Below, in pieces: positions 36,304-46,418 of a stretch of DNA of 64,000 nucleotides (its first letter is position 1; each line of letters opens with the position of its first letter). This DNA comes from Macrostomum lignano. Its lineage: Eukaryota. The notes beneath the pieces were generated by a model that did no database searches, had not been told where the DNA came from, and saw nothing but the letters and a program-made list of their open reading frames with translations. A program made the position numbers and the translations under genes. The DNA lies in the NCBI GenBank assembly GCA_002269645.1, contig NIVC01000412.1:372001-436000 (forward strand), in the 5' to 3' direction.

Positions 36304-37131
36304 ATCTGTGCGAGACTAATATTGTTAATATTATAGTGAAGGTCACAAAGTTTTTAATATGCTTTTACTTTAAACGTGTACATGTAAAAATTTCGTGTCT
36401 GAACTCTCGGTGCATTGAGCGTCTGTAATGTTTTATGTTGGGGGGGGGGGACTAAACCAAGATTCCAAAACGAAAATTCTGTGTTTTTTGGTAATCGGAC
36501 TAATTGTTGAGCTACTGTTCTTGGCGCCGCAGGCACTAATTTTGGCGCCACAGACACCCATTTTGGCGCAAGTTACTTATTTTGGCGCAAGTCACTCATT
36601 TTGGGGCCGCACATCCAATTTGCTCCCTATGACATCTAAATACTCGTATAAACACGCAGAAGCAATGTGTAACTAAAAATCAAAGCAAAAGTATTTTTTA
36701 GGTGGAATAAATCCATTGGACGCACGGCTCTGCTATTACGTGTACGAGCTAGGCGCTAGCTAAACTTCGCTCTACCGGTGTTATTAAACTCTTTAGAATG
36801 AATTACTCTTCTGCACTATTTTTGAGTTTTAATGTTATTACCACGCTCGCTCTCGCGTGCTAATAACATTATTAACACAAAAATAGTACAGTAGAAACAT
36901 TGCTATGCGCTTTCGTCTATAGCATTAGTTGACTCCTCTTCATCTTCTAATTCGTTTTACCTCAAGAATTGTTTTCCGAGGAAGCTTTACTTTTCGTACA
37001 TGTGATGTCAGAGACCAGCGTCCATATTGTATAATCATGTAACTCACAACTACGCCTGTATGAAGTCTTAAAACAATAGCAAACATTTTACTGCTCGTGG
37101 AGAATAGCTACGCAGCAGCATCGTCTCAAAC

Positions 37132-40100
37132 TCAGTCGGCAATTGCAGACGCAACGCACCGCTCGACGCCCTGAGCTGCCTGCAGCGCTGCAGCCGCCTG
37201 TTCAGCCCTGAAAATTTCCGATGGAATCAGCGGCCGGCCGCGGTCGCTCGGGTAGCGACAATCGTCCACAATGGCGCCGGCAAGTTTGATCACCTGATCA
37301 GTCAGGTTTTTTTGCTGGTCGCTGCTCAGAACCGCTACAGAGACTCTGGTCAGGTAGCTCAACTTGAGCTGGTTGCCATCAAAAGGCTGGCCCTGCTTCA
37401 GAAGCAAGGCTACCAGCGCCTTCTCCGCGGCCTCCCAGCTGAGGTAGCAGACCCAGTTGTTGAACTCGCCGTTCTCAGCTAGTTGGGCAGCCGCGTGAAG
37501 GTCGTTTCTCGACGTCTTCAAGTACCTGGCTGCCTCCTCCGGTTGCGACGCGCATCTGGGAGCTCTTCTAGCGGCTCGGACTGGGACGCAAGATGGGCCG
37601 TGCCAGCAATACCTGTCACCTCCTGCTGAGCTGCCCGACGCTGCGGCAGCAAAATGGAGTCCCCGGCCAACTCCGCCGTGCCGCCGTCTCGTCATTCTGG
37701 TGATCATTACATCCTCGGCAATCAGAACCTTCCGATACCTGGTCACTCGAACAGTTTCCTCGTACCATTCGTCTTGGCAGCTGTCAAACTGTCTGGTCCA
37801 TTCATGATTGGCAGCAGCGTGCGTTCTCGCCTGCTCGTAGGACTCTCGCGAGTTGCCGGAACAGTGAGCCATAACTCGCTGTAAAACCCTACCCTGCTGC
37901 TTCTTAGGCAGAGCATTGGCGCTATTCAGGAGACGGTCCACCGTTTGTTTGAGTTCTTCGCCGCTCGGTGGTGGCGAATCCGGGATGTTGTGGATAAAAC
38001 GCTTCTCAACTGAGTAGAGTTCCGACATTTGGACTCTGGTCAGCGAGCCGCCGCCAGTGTCAATCGTGACCTCCTCAGTCCATGGGTTGTCACCTCCATT
38101 GGTGTGTTTTTTGACGACTCGAGCGTAAACAAATTCTTCTTCTCGAGTTCGGTACGCAACAATTTTTTCGATCAAGTCTTTCGGTCTGTCTGGCATTTGG
38201 TTCAGTAGGCACTTGTCAAATTCTGCAACAGGATCGCCCAGGATTGAAGCAGCTTGTGTGTCTCGCTCTGAAAACTGTTGCTGTCCACTTTTCTGGTGCA
38301 GGGAGATTTTATGCTTGTCCAATACGGTCTGCATGCTTTCCGAATCATCCATTAAAAGCACTTGCTGCAGATACTTTTCTTGCTTATCCGACAGGGTAAA
38401 TCCGGTATTGAGAAGTTTCAATACAGCGTCAGTGAAGTCCGTCTTCCAAAGCTGCGCTGGGTCCCCAGCTTCCTCCTCAGGCACGGCAGAGTGATTCATG
38501 AGAATGTGACATTTTCGAGAATCAAGATAGAACCTCTTTGACGCATCGGAATCTTCCTGTTCCCTACCGTCTAGTAGCAGAACAGTGCGCAGCTCCGGGA
38601 GGCACACGACTGAGAAGTCGGATATCAGATTTGTCAATTTCGTCAACAATTCATCTCCTTTGATTGAAGAATCTTTATTTTCGTGAAGCATGATGCTCAC
38701 GATGCACAGATGAAGTTTAGGATGTTGCAGCTTATCTTGAAGCTTACTTCTAACTTCGCAGTCTTCGCCGTCACTGCACTGCTTGCTGCAGTCTGAAAGC
38801 AGCCTCTCGCTCGTAGTGTCGCTTAATCTTCTTAGATCCAGTTTCGTTGCCAAGTGATGGTAGAAAAACTTGAGCTTGTCGCTGCCCAGATTGCAGAAGC
38901 TCAGATCGAGAAAATGTACGCCTTGAGTATCTTCAAGTCTTTTATGGTAGCCATCAGAGTCGTTGATGATTAGCTGGGTGCAGTCCACCAGCTCGAAGGC
39001 GTTTTCCACTCCACCGGAGTCACTTGTCGCCTTATGGCACTTTCTTGGCAGAAAGAGCTTTGTCCCGGGTTGCAACCTGAGCTCAGCACCTGCCTCTAAC
39101 AATTTGATTAGACTTGACACACATTGCTTCACCGAGCAAAGCCTGTTTGCTCGAAGCAAGCCTTGCTCCTCTCTCCAAGTGAGTTCCATTGCAAGGCGTA
39201 GCTGCTCCACTGTTGCAGACTCTGTAGCTCCGAGAGCTTGGAACAGACTTTTAAACTGCCAAATGTTTTTTGGACACAATAGAATGTACGGAAATACCAC
39301 TGACTCTTTAGTGAAAGTAATTCTGTTTGCTTTAACAAAGCAGGATTGGTCCAGCTCTCCAACCAAAATACAGGGAACTTCCTTTAGAAAGGAAATCAAA
39401 TTACCCTTATTAAGCATTGAATTCAACTTTTCATAGACGGAATGCAGAACTCTGACTCTCAATACTGCGGCCTCGCCTTGCAAGCTTGACGACACGAACT
39501 CTGGCGCGCTAAACAGATTTATCAGATGACTAAGAAAGAGTTCATCAGTAACTGGTTTGGTTAACTTGGCAAAACAGCTTCTATTAGAGACACAGGGCGG
39601 GGCGAACGGCGCCACAGTCCAGCAGAGAAAGCGGCTGTCGAACATGACGCACTCCGAGAGACGCGCCATCTGAACGCCCTCAGACTTGCAGAGGCTCTGC
39701 AAACTTGCATCATTGTTAGCTGTGACAAATGGAGTATTAGCAAGCTTTTGAATGGCAGTATCAGTTCTCTGTGCTCTAAAGTCATCGCTATCAATATACT
39801 CGAGCAAAAAATTAGACTTCTCCACCAGCTTTTCTGTTATACCATTTGCTCCTTCAGCGTGAAGCTGGTTCGCAAAGTAAATAACAATTTCAGCAGAGCA
39901 CTCTACGACCAATCCGGAAGCTTCCATAAGCCGTCTCCAGCGGTCGCCATTGTAAGGCTGAGGTAGGAACCATTTCGAGTCCAAAAATCTGCGAAACACT
40001 TCGACTTCCTCATTAAAAAATGAACTGACACGTCTCCAGTTACCCTGAACAGGAATCAACTCAGCGCTTCTAAGCGATTGCTTGAGCTTTTCAAAGAGCG

Positions 40101-43100
40101 CCATGTTTTGTTGTTTTAGTGCCTCAAAGCTCCAGTTTAGAAAGCAAAGTCTTTCCAGGTGTTTCGTTCGAGTTTCATCGCTGTTGAAGTTTGAGAACAC
40201 GGGTAGAATGAAGCTTGCGTAGACCTCGATCTCCTCCATCTCGGCACACTTCAGCTTTCCGTACAGGTGGGCGAGATTGGAATTGGCTTTCAGAAAGATG
40301 GCCTGGCTGGAGCTCTTCCACTTGTCTATCTCGTCAGCCACAAGCGATGCCGGCAAGATGCAGGCCTGGTCGGAGTTGAGCGCGCAGCAGCGACCGTCAG
40401 AAGTGACAAACACCGGTAATTGACGCACTCTGACAAGGAGGTTCTGCTCTTCCAGTCTCTTACTTAGTTCTTGCCAGTGATTCTGAATGTACACCAAAAA
40501 GCTCACAGCCTGCTTTTCAGTAATTGCAGATCTTTTAGGATTCTCATTCAGAGCGAACTCCATCACTCTCAGCATGGACTCGGGCTGCCCAACGTTTCCG
40601 CACAGACTGCTGACCAGCTTCAAGTTTGTCATGCTGAGCGAGGGAGCATTTAGTTGCTTGAGAGACTCTTGAAGTGCTTCGCTGCTGTTGTCAAGACCAC
40701 TCTTGATTGGATTATAAACACACGGAGCCTTTGAGATGCTTAGAAGGCTCGATGGATCGACGGGAACAAGATGGGCGTTCCCCAGTCTGGCAGAAGTAAG
40801 GTCTTGCATTGCCTTACTCTCGCCAGAACACTTGCCGTTTATTAATTGCCAAACTCTTACTATCCATTTCTCGAAATAACTTGGAGGGAAGCCGAGATGT
40901 GTGATCGGTAGGTAAACGAAACCATCGCTGCAGATTGAGGCGTACTCTCGGTGCAAAAGCAAGCTAAAGTCTTCCAGCTTGAACTCTCGGTACAATTTGA
41001 ATTGCAGTAAGTCGCGTTTAGCTTCAGATGAAAGAGCCGATAGAACTTTGATGTGGACAAACTCAAACTTTGGATTACCTTTATGCATAGTGTAGTTGCT
41101 AGCTCCTGAGGGAGTACCTGACACTACTCCGTATGGCTGCCTGGCTTTTCCGTAGGCTGGATATCTCCAACGCATTGTTCTCGCAGTTGTCGCTGCTGTT
41201 GCTCGATCAAACAGATCGCTGAATACTGTGAGGTACAGGGGATTCTCTTGTGAGCCCAACACAGAAAGCCGATTGCCGGCATCCAGATTTAGCGGAGTAC
41301 CACAAAGTTTTCGTGCATTCACGCCTAATTCATGGATAAGATGTGACAGTAGGGTCGCAACAGCCTCTGGGCTTTCAAGCAAAGTCTCGCTGACATCTAT
41401 TGGTAGCGTGTCTCTCAGCGAGTTGCACACAGGTCCCCGCAGAAATGCAGAGATGGTGCTTGAGTCAACGACTGGGATGAATTCGATCTGGCTAGAACGG
41501 AGGGATTGTTCCAACCATACTTTATCCGGCTCTATTAGAGGAAACTGTAACTTCATTAGTACGTTTCGCAGGCAATCTTTAAAATTGTGCGGAGATAAGA
41601 AAGCAGCTGTGCCACTGATGTCCTCGGAGCTCAGTGCGAGTGGCAGCCACTTCAGTTGGTCTAAAATCACCGGAAATATGGCCCAGCGTTTTTTATAAGC
41701 CATTTGAAAAAAACGTCTTGCCAATTCCTTCCACAGTGGCTCATCGTTTCGGTGACATTCTGGAAGGAGGCTGTAGAATTTGTCCACTTGACTGACTGAT
41801 GTCTTTGCTGCCTGTAGAAGACTGCCATAGCATTGGGGCAGGAGCTGAGTGGCCAGCAGGTGGTTCCACTGTTCTTTGAAGTCTGCATCACCATGTGCTT
41901 TCCACAGGGATCTACGGGATGGGTCTAGAATGAAGTGACCGTTTACGTGAACAGGCAGTTCCGTGGTCAAGGGAAGAGGAAGTAGACAGTACACGTGACC
42001 TTTGGTTCTTTCCTTTGTCAACCCGGATACGCAAGCGGCCACTCCAGTCTTGGGCAGCAGACGCCACTCGCCCGAAGCCACTTCACGCTGCAGCGGAGAG
42101 GACAGACTCTCTATCGGGCCACCAATTTGCTGGCAAACAAGCCATTTTTGTTCTGAGTGTGAGTTGAGGTCCTCGCAGTGGATGGTCAATTCGTATATGA
42201 CTGAGCTTAGTTCGAGGTCGCTAAGCTGAGTGTCTTTAATGAGCAATTGTTTACCAACACTCTCGCACTGCTTCTTGTAGTCATCAAAATCTCCTAAGAT
42301 ACAGTTCGGTTGAAATTTGGCAGAAAAAGCAGTTTGAAGATTGCCATCGGGTGATATTTCAGCTAGTTGCAACTCGCGAATATTTAACAAAAACAAGCCA
42401 ATTCGTTCTAGTTCAGTTTTGAACTTATCAAATAGAGCCTTGAGGGCATCGGTGGTCACTTCTTCTTTGCATATTTTTGACACGAGTGCTAAAGCTGCCG
42501 TTCTCAGTGGCAGTCGAAACACAGTGCCTCCCTGGTACCGCAGGTTTTCGTGGGAGTATCCCGCGAATACGTCGGGAAAAAATTCTTCCAAACGGTTGAC
42601 GTTCTTAAACATTCCTCCTGGAGAATGGAAAGTAGCACCAGGCATGTACCTGCAGTGCGGATCCATCACGCAGAAAATCTTTCCATCGGACAGAAACGAG
42701 GGCGCATCCGTGATGTTGTACACACAGTTGAACCCGATGCCGTACTGTCCAGCTTTCCATGCATCGTCTCGCTTGGACCCGAGACCGAGGTTCTGAATGC
42801 CTTTGATGTCCGCATCGGAGAATGTCGAATCGTTGTAGACGAGAAGCGCGGGTCCCTGCAGCTCCTTCCAGTTGTCGCTCAGCAGGCGCTCGGTTCCGTG
42901 TTGCCGACGATCGATGATGAAGCTGATCTTTGATGCCCCAGCATCATCAGCATTCTGAATGAGTTCCTTGAAGAGTTCGATTCCAAGCGGGTATCCGGAA
43001 ATGATGTTCTGCAGTCTGGTTGTGAGGTCCTCGTGTTGGCCGAAAGGCAGAGGCTGCATTAACTGAGCCAGCATGCTTTCTCTCTTGTCGGGTATTCCAA

Positions 43101-46100
43101 GCCTTTGACACAGCCCAGGGGAAATTTCCTCATGGCAAAAGTAAATTTCATCTTCGGATTCGTCTAGAAGCCACACAGAATCCATCCAGGACAAGTTGTT
43201 GAAGTACAAATTTTTGAACGGTCTCAGAATGTTACGCTGATCGGGTGCTACTAAACTCTCAGGCGCCAATGCTTTATCATTGCAGCTGCCAATTCGATTG
43301 AGTAGTTTAAGGCTTAACTCTAAATCACTTGATGCCAGTGGTTCTGACGAGTACTGCTGTGACAGAAGTTTAAGTACACCAGCAAAGTGGCAAGCCTGGA
43401 AGCGCTCATTGACTCCAGCTGCCGTGAAAAAAGGTTTGTATTGATCATGGCTCAATTCCCACGGCAATACATAAAGATATGGCTCAAATCCCGTATCAGA
43501 TCTGAGCAGACTCACTTGAGCAGGCCTAATGAAACCTGATGAAGACCAAATAATGTTCGGAGTCTGGTTCACCATGCTAAGAACCATTTGGCTATTGAGC
43601 CGTCGGTTAGAGATTTGGGCACTGAGGTGTCGATAGACGCACCGGCTCACTCGCAGAGTTTCTTCATTGCCAGCTCGGGTGCCATCTAGAGCTACCAGCT
43701 GCTGCCAAGCCACTTCATTGGAGACTTGGCTCAAGTTTAGAACTCCGATTTGAGCCAAAAGATCTCGTCTCCTTGATGAGGTAACATCACGCAGCACCGT
43801 CTCGTCCAAAATAAGCTGCAATGTGGATACAAGATCTTCGCAGCTGGCATCAAATAGCTGACAAGGCTGGAAAAGTTGCGTGTTTTGATACTGGTCAGCT
43901 CGCCAGACAAGGCAACTGCTTTCAGGTTTCTTCAAGGCAGGCAGAAACGCTACGTTTCTCAGCTGATTAATCGGCTGGTTTACAAACCGAGAACGGAACG
44001 AATCCAAGTACGAAAGCAGCAACACTATGCGCTCGGTTTTCTGAGGTTCGGAGAGCGCAGCAACTGACTTGGCGCGACTCAGCAACTCGGCCCAACTGAG
44101 ATCCTTACGGAGCCCGACTGAGCGGAGCGCTCTCAGCCGATCCGGTGTCTGCAGGCCACTATGAGGAAACACGCTTGCGTTCACTTCGAATAGCCTTGCA
44201 GCCTGACAGCTGGAGTCTAAAAGCTGCAGAGGCTGATACAGGGCGTTTCCAATGTTAGGAATGCAACAAGACTGCTTCAACTGATTCACAACGTTTTGAG
44301 TCACAATTCCAGAAGCGGAGCTCCAGTCTGCATTGCCACCTCCACAGATAACATCCAGCATGAATTTCAGCGCTCTAAAGCAGTCCTCAGAGTAGCCAGA
44401 CTGCCGCAAGCGAGCCATGTTCGGCACCAAATTAAGCAGCAGTGTCTCGCCCGACCATTGACGCTGCAGAATCTTGTTCGTCAGTCCCAGCTGCTCCACA
44501 GTTCGTCGAACTCCATCGGTCAACGATGAGACACCTTCGAGCTGACCCACGAGTCTCGTGGCGAGTCGACTCAAACAATCTGAAATTCCACCCAGTGACA
44601 GGATGCTGGGATCCAGAAACACCGTGTGTCCCAAACTCTTCCAGCCAGCTGATGTGTGAAAGATTGGCGCCTGACCGTCAAGCAGGCAAGCGTAGAACTT
44701 CTCAATAAGCGGCCTCCACACAGACTGAGTAGCTCTGTCGAATCGAGGCCACAGCTCTTGCGAAATCTCTGCATTCACCAAAGACATTCCACTTAGAATA
44801 TTCAGAGCGTCAATGTAGGCAGGACAAATGACGTCTGTGAGCAGCACTCGGTTCCACTCGCCGAGACTCCACACGCCCTGCTTCTCGTCGACCGTGACCT
44901 CGTTGAGGTGGCGTCGGCTCGAGGTGACGGAGAAGCTCGCGTTCAGCATCACTGGAAATGGATTTTCTACAGGCAGCGGTAGGAAGCAGAACAGCAGCGA
45001 GGCCGGCTGTGTGTCACGTGACAGCGGCAGGATCCTGTGAGACTGCTCGATGGGCAGCGCCACGGCTCCCACAGGCGCCAGTCCGAGACGACGCTGCTCC
45101 AACGCGACAGCGAGCGACTGCCCAGTGCCGACAGCAGCGCACACGAGCCACACTCTGGTGGAGGCGGCTGTGCTGATCTGGAACTGGTCATGAGCTGAGT
45201 TTCCTAGTTGAAACTCAACCTCGACAGTCGCTTGACAGCGATGCTCTTGATTTTGTCCTGGGCGTCCTTGAGTAGCAGATTCGATCAGAGCTTCTGCTAC
45301 CTTGAGAATCGAGCTCTGAGCAGCGAAGTCTTGATCCGCCTGTGACATTTCTGCTATTGGTAGTGGTGGCATGGCAATGGAATGTCGCTGGAAATATTTG
45401 AGAGGTCTCTTGTGAACGCAGAACACGAGTTGAGTTTGCTTTGAAGGATCGGTCGCATTGGACGGCAGGAACAGACATCGGAATGTTCGCACTGTCTGGG
45501 TGAACAGGAGCATGGCGTCTGCTTGCTTTGCAGTGAGTCTCAACAAGCCACGAATCTCCGAGTCAGAGTACACGCGATCGCAGATCTTCGACTTTGCTGC
45601 CTGAGCCTCAGTGCGTAGCGGAAGACGCAGCAGCGTGCCGGCGAAGTTTCCTGCATCTGCTTGCAGATTGCAGCCTGAGACCCCAGCGAACGGTGCAAAC
45701 TGGTTGGCGTACCGATCCAGCAGACTCGGCTGTGCTTGAAAGTCGAGCTCAACTCCAGTGTCCCTGTCCCCATGACTCGCGTACACCGCCTCCAAGTAGC
45801 CCTCGCCCCTGCGCTCACCGTGCGGGTCAAGGATCAGCATGCGGTGCCGACTGAGGATCTGCGGCACGTCAGTCAGGTTGTACACCGAGTTGAAGCCCAG
45901 ACCGAAGCGACCGACCTTGGCCGTCTTCTCCAGCTTGGTGGCTCCGCTCAGCTGCAGGATGTTGTCGAAGTCCTCGTCGCTGAAGGTGGCGTTGTTGAAG
46001 GCCCACAGCGCCCGTCCGTGACAGTCGGCCATCGCCGGGTCGAGCAGCGACTCGGAGCCGCGCCAGTCGGAGTTATCGCGGCAGTCGTAGAGCAGGGTGA

Positions 46101-46248
46101 CCTCGGTGGCGCCCGCGTCGTCAGCGTTCTGCAGCAGCTCCTTGGGCACCGCCAGACCGTCAGAGTACTCGTCGAGCAGTCGCTTGAGTCGCCGGGTGAG
46201 CGGCTCGGACTGGCCGCGAAGGCGCAAGCCGCCGGAGACCTCCGCCAT
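37132..46248 (-). CDS. SACS: Sacsin-like protein, 3038 aa, single ORF: two SRR (HSP90-like ATPase) units, degenerate J-like region, C-terminal HEPN
   Basis: GQSEPLTRRLKRLL...KELLQNADDAGA...GRFGLGFNSVY and FGQHEDLTTRLQNII...KELIQNADDAGA...GQYGIGFNCVY; LPVHVNGHF; HEPN-like EEAARYL...WVCYL...AEKALVA...CRYP...IPSE. Confidence 0.92.
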   Translation of the reverse strand: MAEVSGGLRLRGQSEPLTRRLKRLLDEYSDGLAVPKELLQNADDAGATEVTLLYDCRDNSDWRGSESLLDPAMADCHGRALWAFNNATFSDEDFDNILQLSGATKLEKTAKVGRFGLGFNSVYNLTDVPQILSRHRMLILDPHGERRGEGYLEAVYASHGDRDTGVELDFQAQPSLLDRYANQFAPFAGVSGCNLQADAGNFAGTLLRLPLRTEAQAAKSKICDRVYSDSEIRGLLRLTAKQADAMLLFTQTVRTFRCLFLPSNATDPSKQTQLVFCVHKRPLKYFQRHSIAMPPLPIAEMSQADQDFAAQSSILKVAEALIESATQGRPGQNQEHRCQATVEVEFQLGNSAHDQFQISTAASTRVWLVCAAVGTGQSLAVALEQRRLGLAPVGAVALPIEQSHRILPLSRDTQPASLLFCFLPLPVENPFPVMLNASFSVTSSRRHLNEVTVDEKQGVWSLGEWNRVLLTDVICPAYIDALNILSGMSLVNAEISQELWPRFDRATQSVWRPLIEKFYACLLDGQAPIFHTSAGWKSLGHTVFLDPSILSLGGISDCLSRLATRLVGQLEGVSSLTDGVRRTVEQLGLTNKILQRQWSGETLLLNLVPNMARLRQSGYSEDCFRALKFMLDVICGGGNADWSSASGIVTQNVVNQLKQSCCIPNIGNALYQPLQLLDSSCQAARLFEVNASVFPHSGLQTPDRLRALRSVGLRKDLSWAELLSRAKSVAALSEPQKTERIVLLLSYLDSFRSRFVNQPINQLRNVAFLPALKKPESSCLVWRADQYQNTQLFQPCQLFDASCEDLVSTLQLILDETVLRDVTSSRRRDLLAQIGVLNLSQVSNEVAWQQLVALDGTRAGNEETLRVSRCVYRHLSAQISNRRLNSQMVLSMVNQTPNIIWSSSGFIRPAQVSLLRSDTGFEPYLYVLPWELSHDQYKPFFTAAGVNERFQACHFAGVLKLLSQQYSSEPLASSDLELSLKLLNRIGSCNDKALAPESLVAPDQRNILRPFKNLYFNNLSWMDSVWLLDESEDEIYFCHEEISPGLCQRLGIPDKRESMLAQLMQPLPFGQHEDLTTRLQNIISGYPLGIELFKELIQNADDAGASKISFIIDRRQHGTERLLSDNWKELQGPALLVYNDSTFSDADIKGIQNLGLGSKRDDAWKAGQYGIGFNCVYNITDAPSFLSDGKIFCVMDPHCRYMPGATFHSPGGMFKNVNRLEEFFPDVFAGYSHENLRYQGGTVFRLPLRTAALALVSKICKEEVTTDALKALFDKFKTELERIGLFLLNIRELQLAEISPDGNLQTAFSAKFQPNCILGDFDDYKKQCESVGKQLLIKDTQLSDLELSSVIYELTIHCEDLNSHSEQKWLVCQQIGGPIESLSSPLQREVASGEWRLLPKTGVAACVSGLTKERTKGHVYCLLPLPLTTELPVHVNGHFILDPSRRSLWKAHGDADFKEQWNHLLATQLLPQCYGSLLQAAKTSVSQVDKFYSLLPECHRNDEPLWKELARRFFQMAYKKRWAIFPVILDQLKWLPLALSSEDISGTAAFLSPHNFKDCLRNVLMKLQFPLIEPDKVWLEQSLRSSQIEFIPVVDSSTISAFLRGPVCNSLRDTLPIDVSETLLESPEAVATLLSHLIHELGVNARKLCGTPLNLDAGNRLSVLGSQENPLYLTVFSDLFDRATAATTARTMRWRYPAYGKARQPYGVVSGTPSGASNYTMHKGNPKFEFVHIKVLSALSSEAKRDLLQFKLYREFKLEDFSLLLHREYASICSDGFVYLPITHLGFPPSYFEKWIVRVWQLINGKCSGESKAMQDLTSARLGNAHLVPVDPSSLLSISKAPCVYNPIKSGLDNSSEALQESLKQLNAPSLSMTNLKLVSSLCGNVGQPESMLRVMEFALNENPKRSAITEKQAVSFLVYIQNHWQELSKRLEEQNLLVRVRQLPVFVTSDGRCCALNSDQACILPASLVADEIDKWKSSSQAIFLKANSNLAHLYGKLKCAEMEEIEVYASFILPVFSNFNSDETRTKHLERLCFLNWSFEALKQQNMALFEKLKQSLRSAELIPVQGNWRRVSSFFNEEVEVFRRFLDSKWFLPQPYNGDRWRRLMEASGLVVECSAEIVIYFANQLHAEGANGITEKLVEKSNFLLEYIDSDDFRAQRTDTAIQKLANTPFVTANNDASLQSLCKSEGVQMARLSECVMFDSRFLCWTVAPFAPPCVSNRSCFAKLTKPVTDELFLSHLINLFSAPEFVSSSLQGEAAVLRVRVLHSVYEKLNSMLNKGNLISFLKEVPCILVGELDQSCFVKANRITFTKESVVFPYILLCPKNIWQFKSLFQALGATESATVEQLRLAMELTWREEQGLLRANRLCSVKQCVSSLIKLLEAGAELRLQPGTKLFLPRKCHKATSDSGGVENAFELVDCTQLIINDSDGYHKRLEDTQGVHFLDLSFCNLGSDKLKFFYHHLATKLDLRRLSDTTSERLLSDCSKQCSDGEDCEVRSKLQDKLQHPKLHLCIVSIMLHENKDSSIKGDELLTKLTNLISDFSVVCLPELRTVLLLDGREQEDSDASKRFYLDSRKCHILMNHSAVPEEEAGDPAQLWKTDFTDAVLKLLNTGFTLSDKQEKYLQQVLLMDDSESMQTVLDKHKISLHQKSGQQQFSERDTQAASILGDPVAEFDKCLLNQMPDRPKDLIEKIVAYRTREEEFVYARVVKKHTNGGDNPWTEEVTIDTGGGSLTRVQMSELYSVEKRFIHNIPDSPPPSGEELKQTVDRLLNSANALPKKQQGRVLQRVMAHCSGNSRESYEQARTHAAANHEWTRQFDSCQDEWYEETVRVTRYRKVLIAEDVMITRMTRRRHGGVGRGLHFAAAASGSSAGGDRYCWHGPSCVPVRAARRAPRCASQPEEAARYLKTSRNDLHAAAQLAENGEFNNWVCYLSWEAAEKALVALLLKQGQPFDGNQLKLSYLTRVSVAVLSSDQQKNLTDQVIKLAGAIVDDCRYPSDRGRPLIPSEIFRAEQAAAALQAAQGVERCVASAIAD

Positions 46249-46418
46249 CTGCTGAATTTCAGAGTCGACTGAAATTCCTTAAAATATGGGAGACGAAAAA
46301 GGCTATTTGAAACGATTTGTTTTTGAGAAAGCAGATCGTCTATTTGCAGAGTAATTGAGAAGTATTTAAATTGATTAAGCTATTCCTTATGATCAAAGAT
46401 AATATACTCGTCGAATAT

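Noticed and set aside
37132-46248. Horizontal transfer or retrocopy origin of the intronless 9-kb ORF
   Set aside because: Vertebrate SACS also encodes most of the protein in one giant exon, so lack of introns alone is not evidence; no poly(A) tail or TSD was seen.
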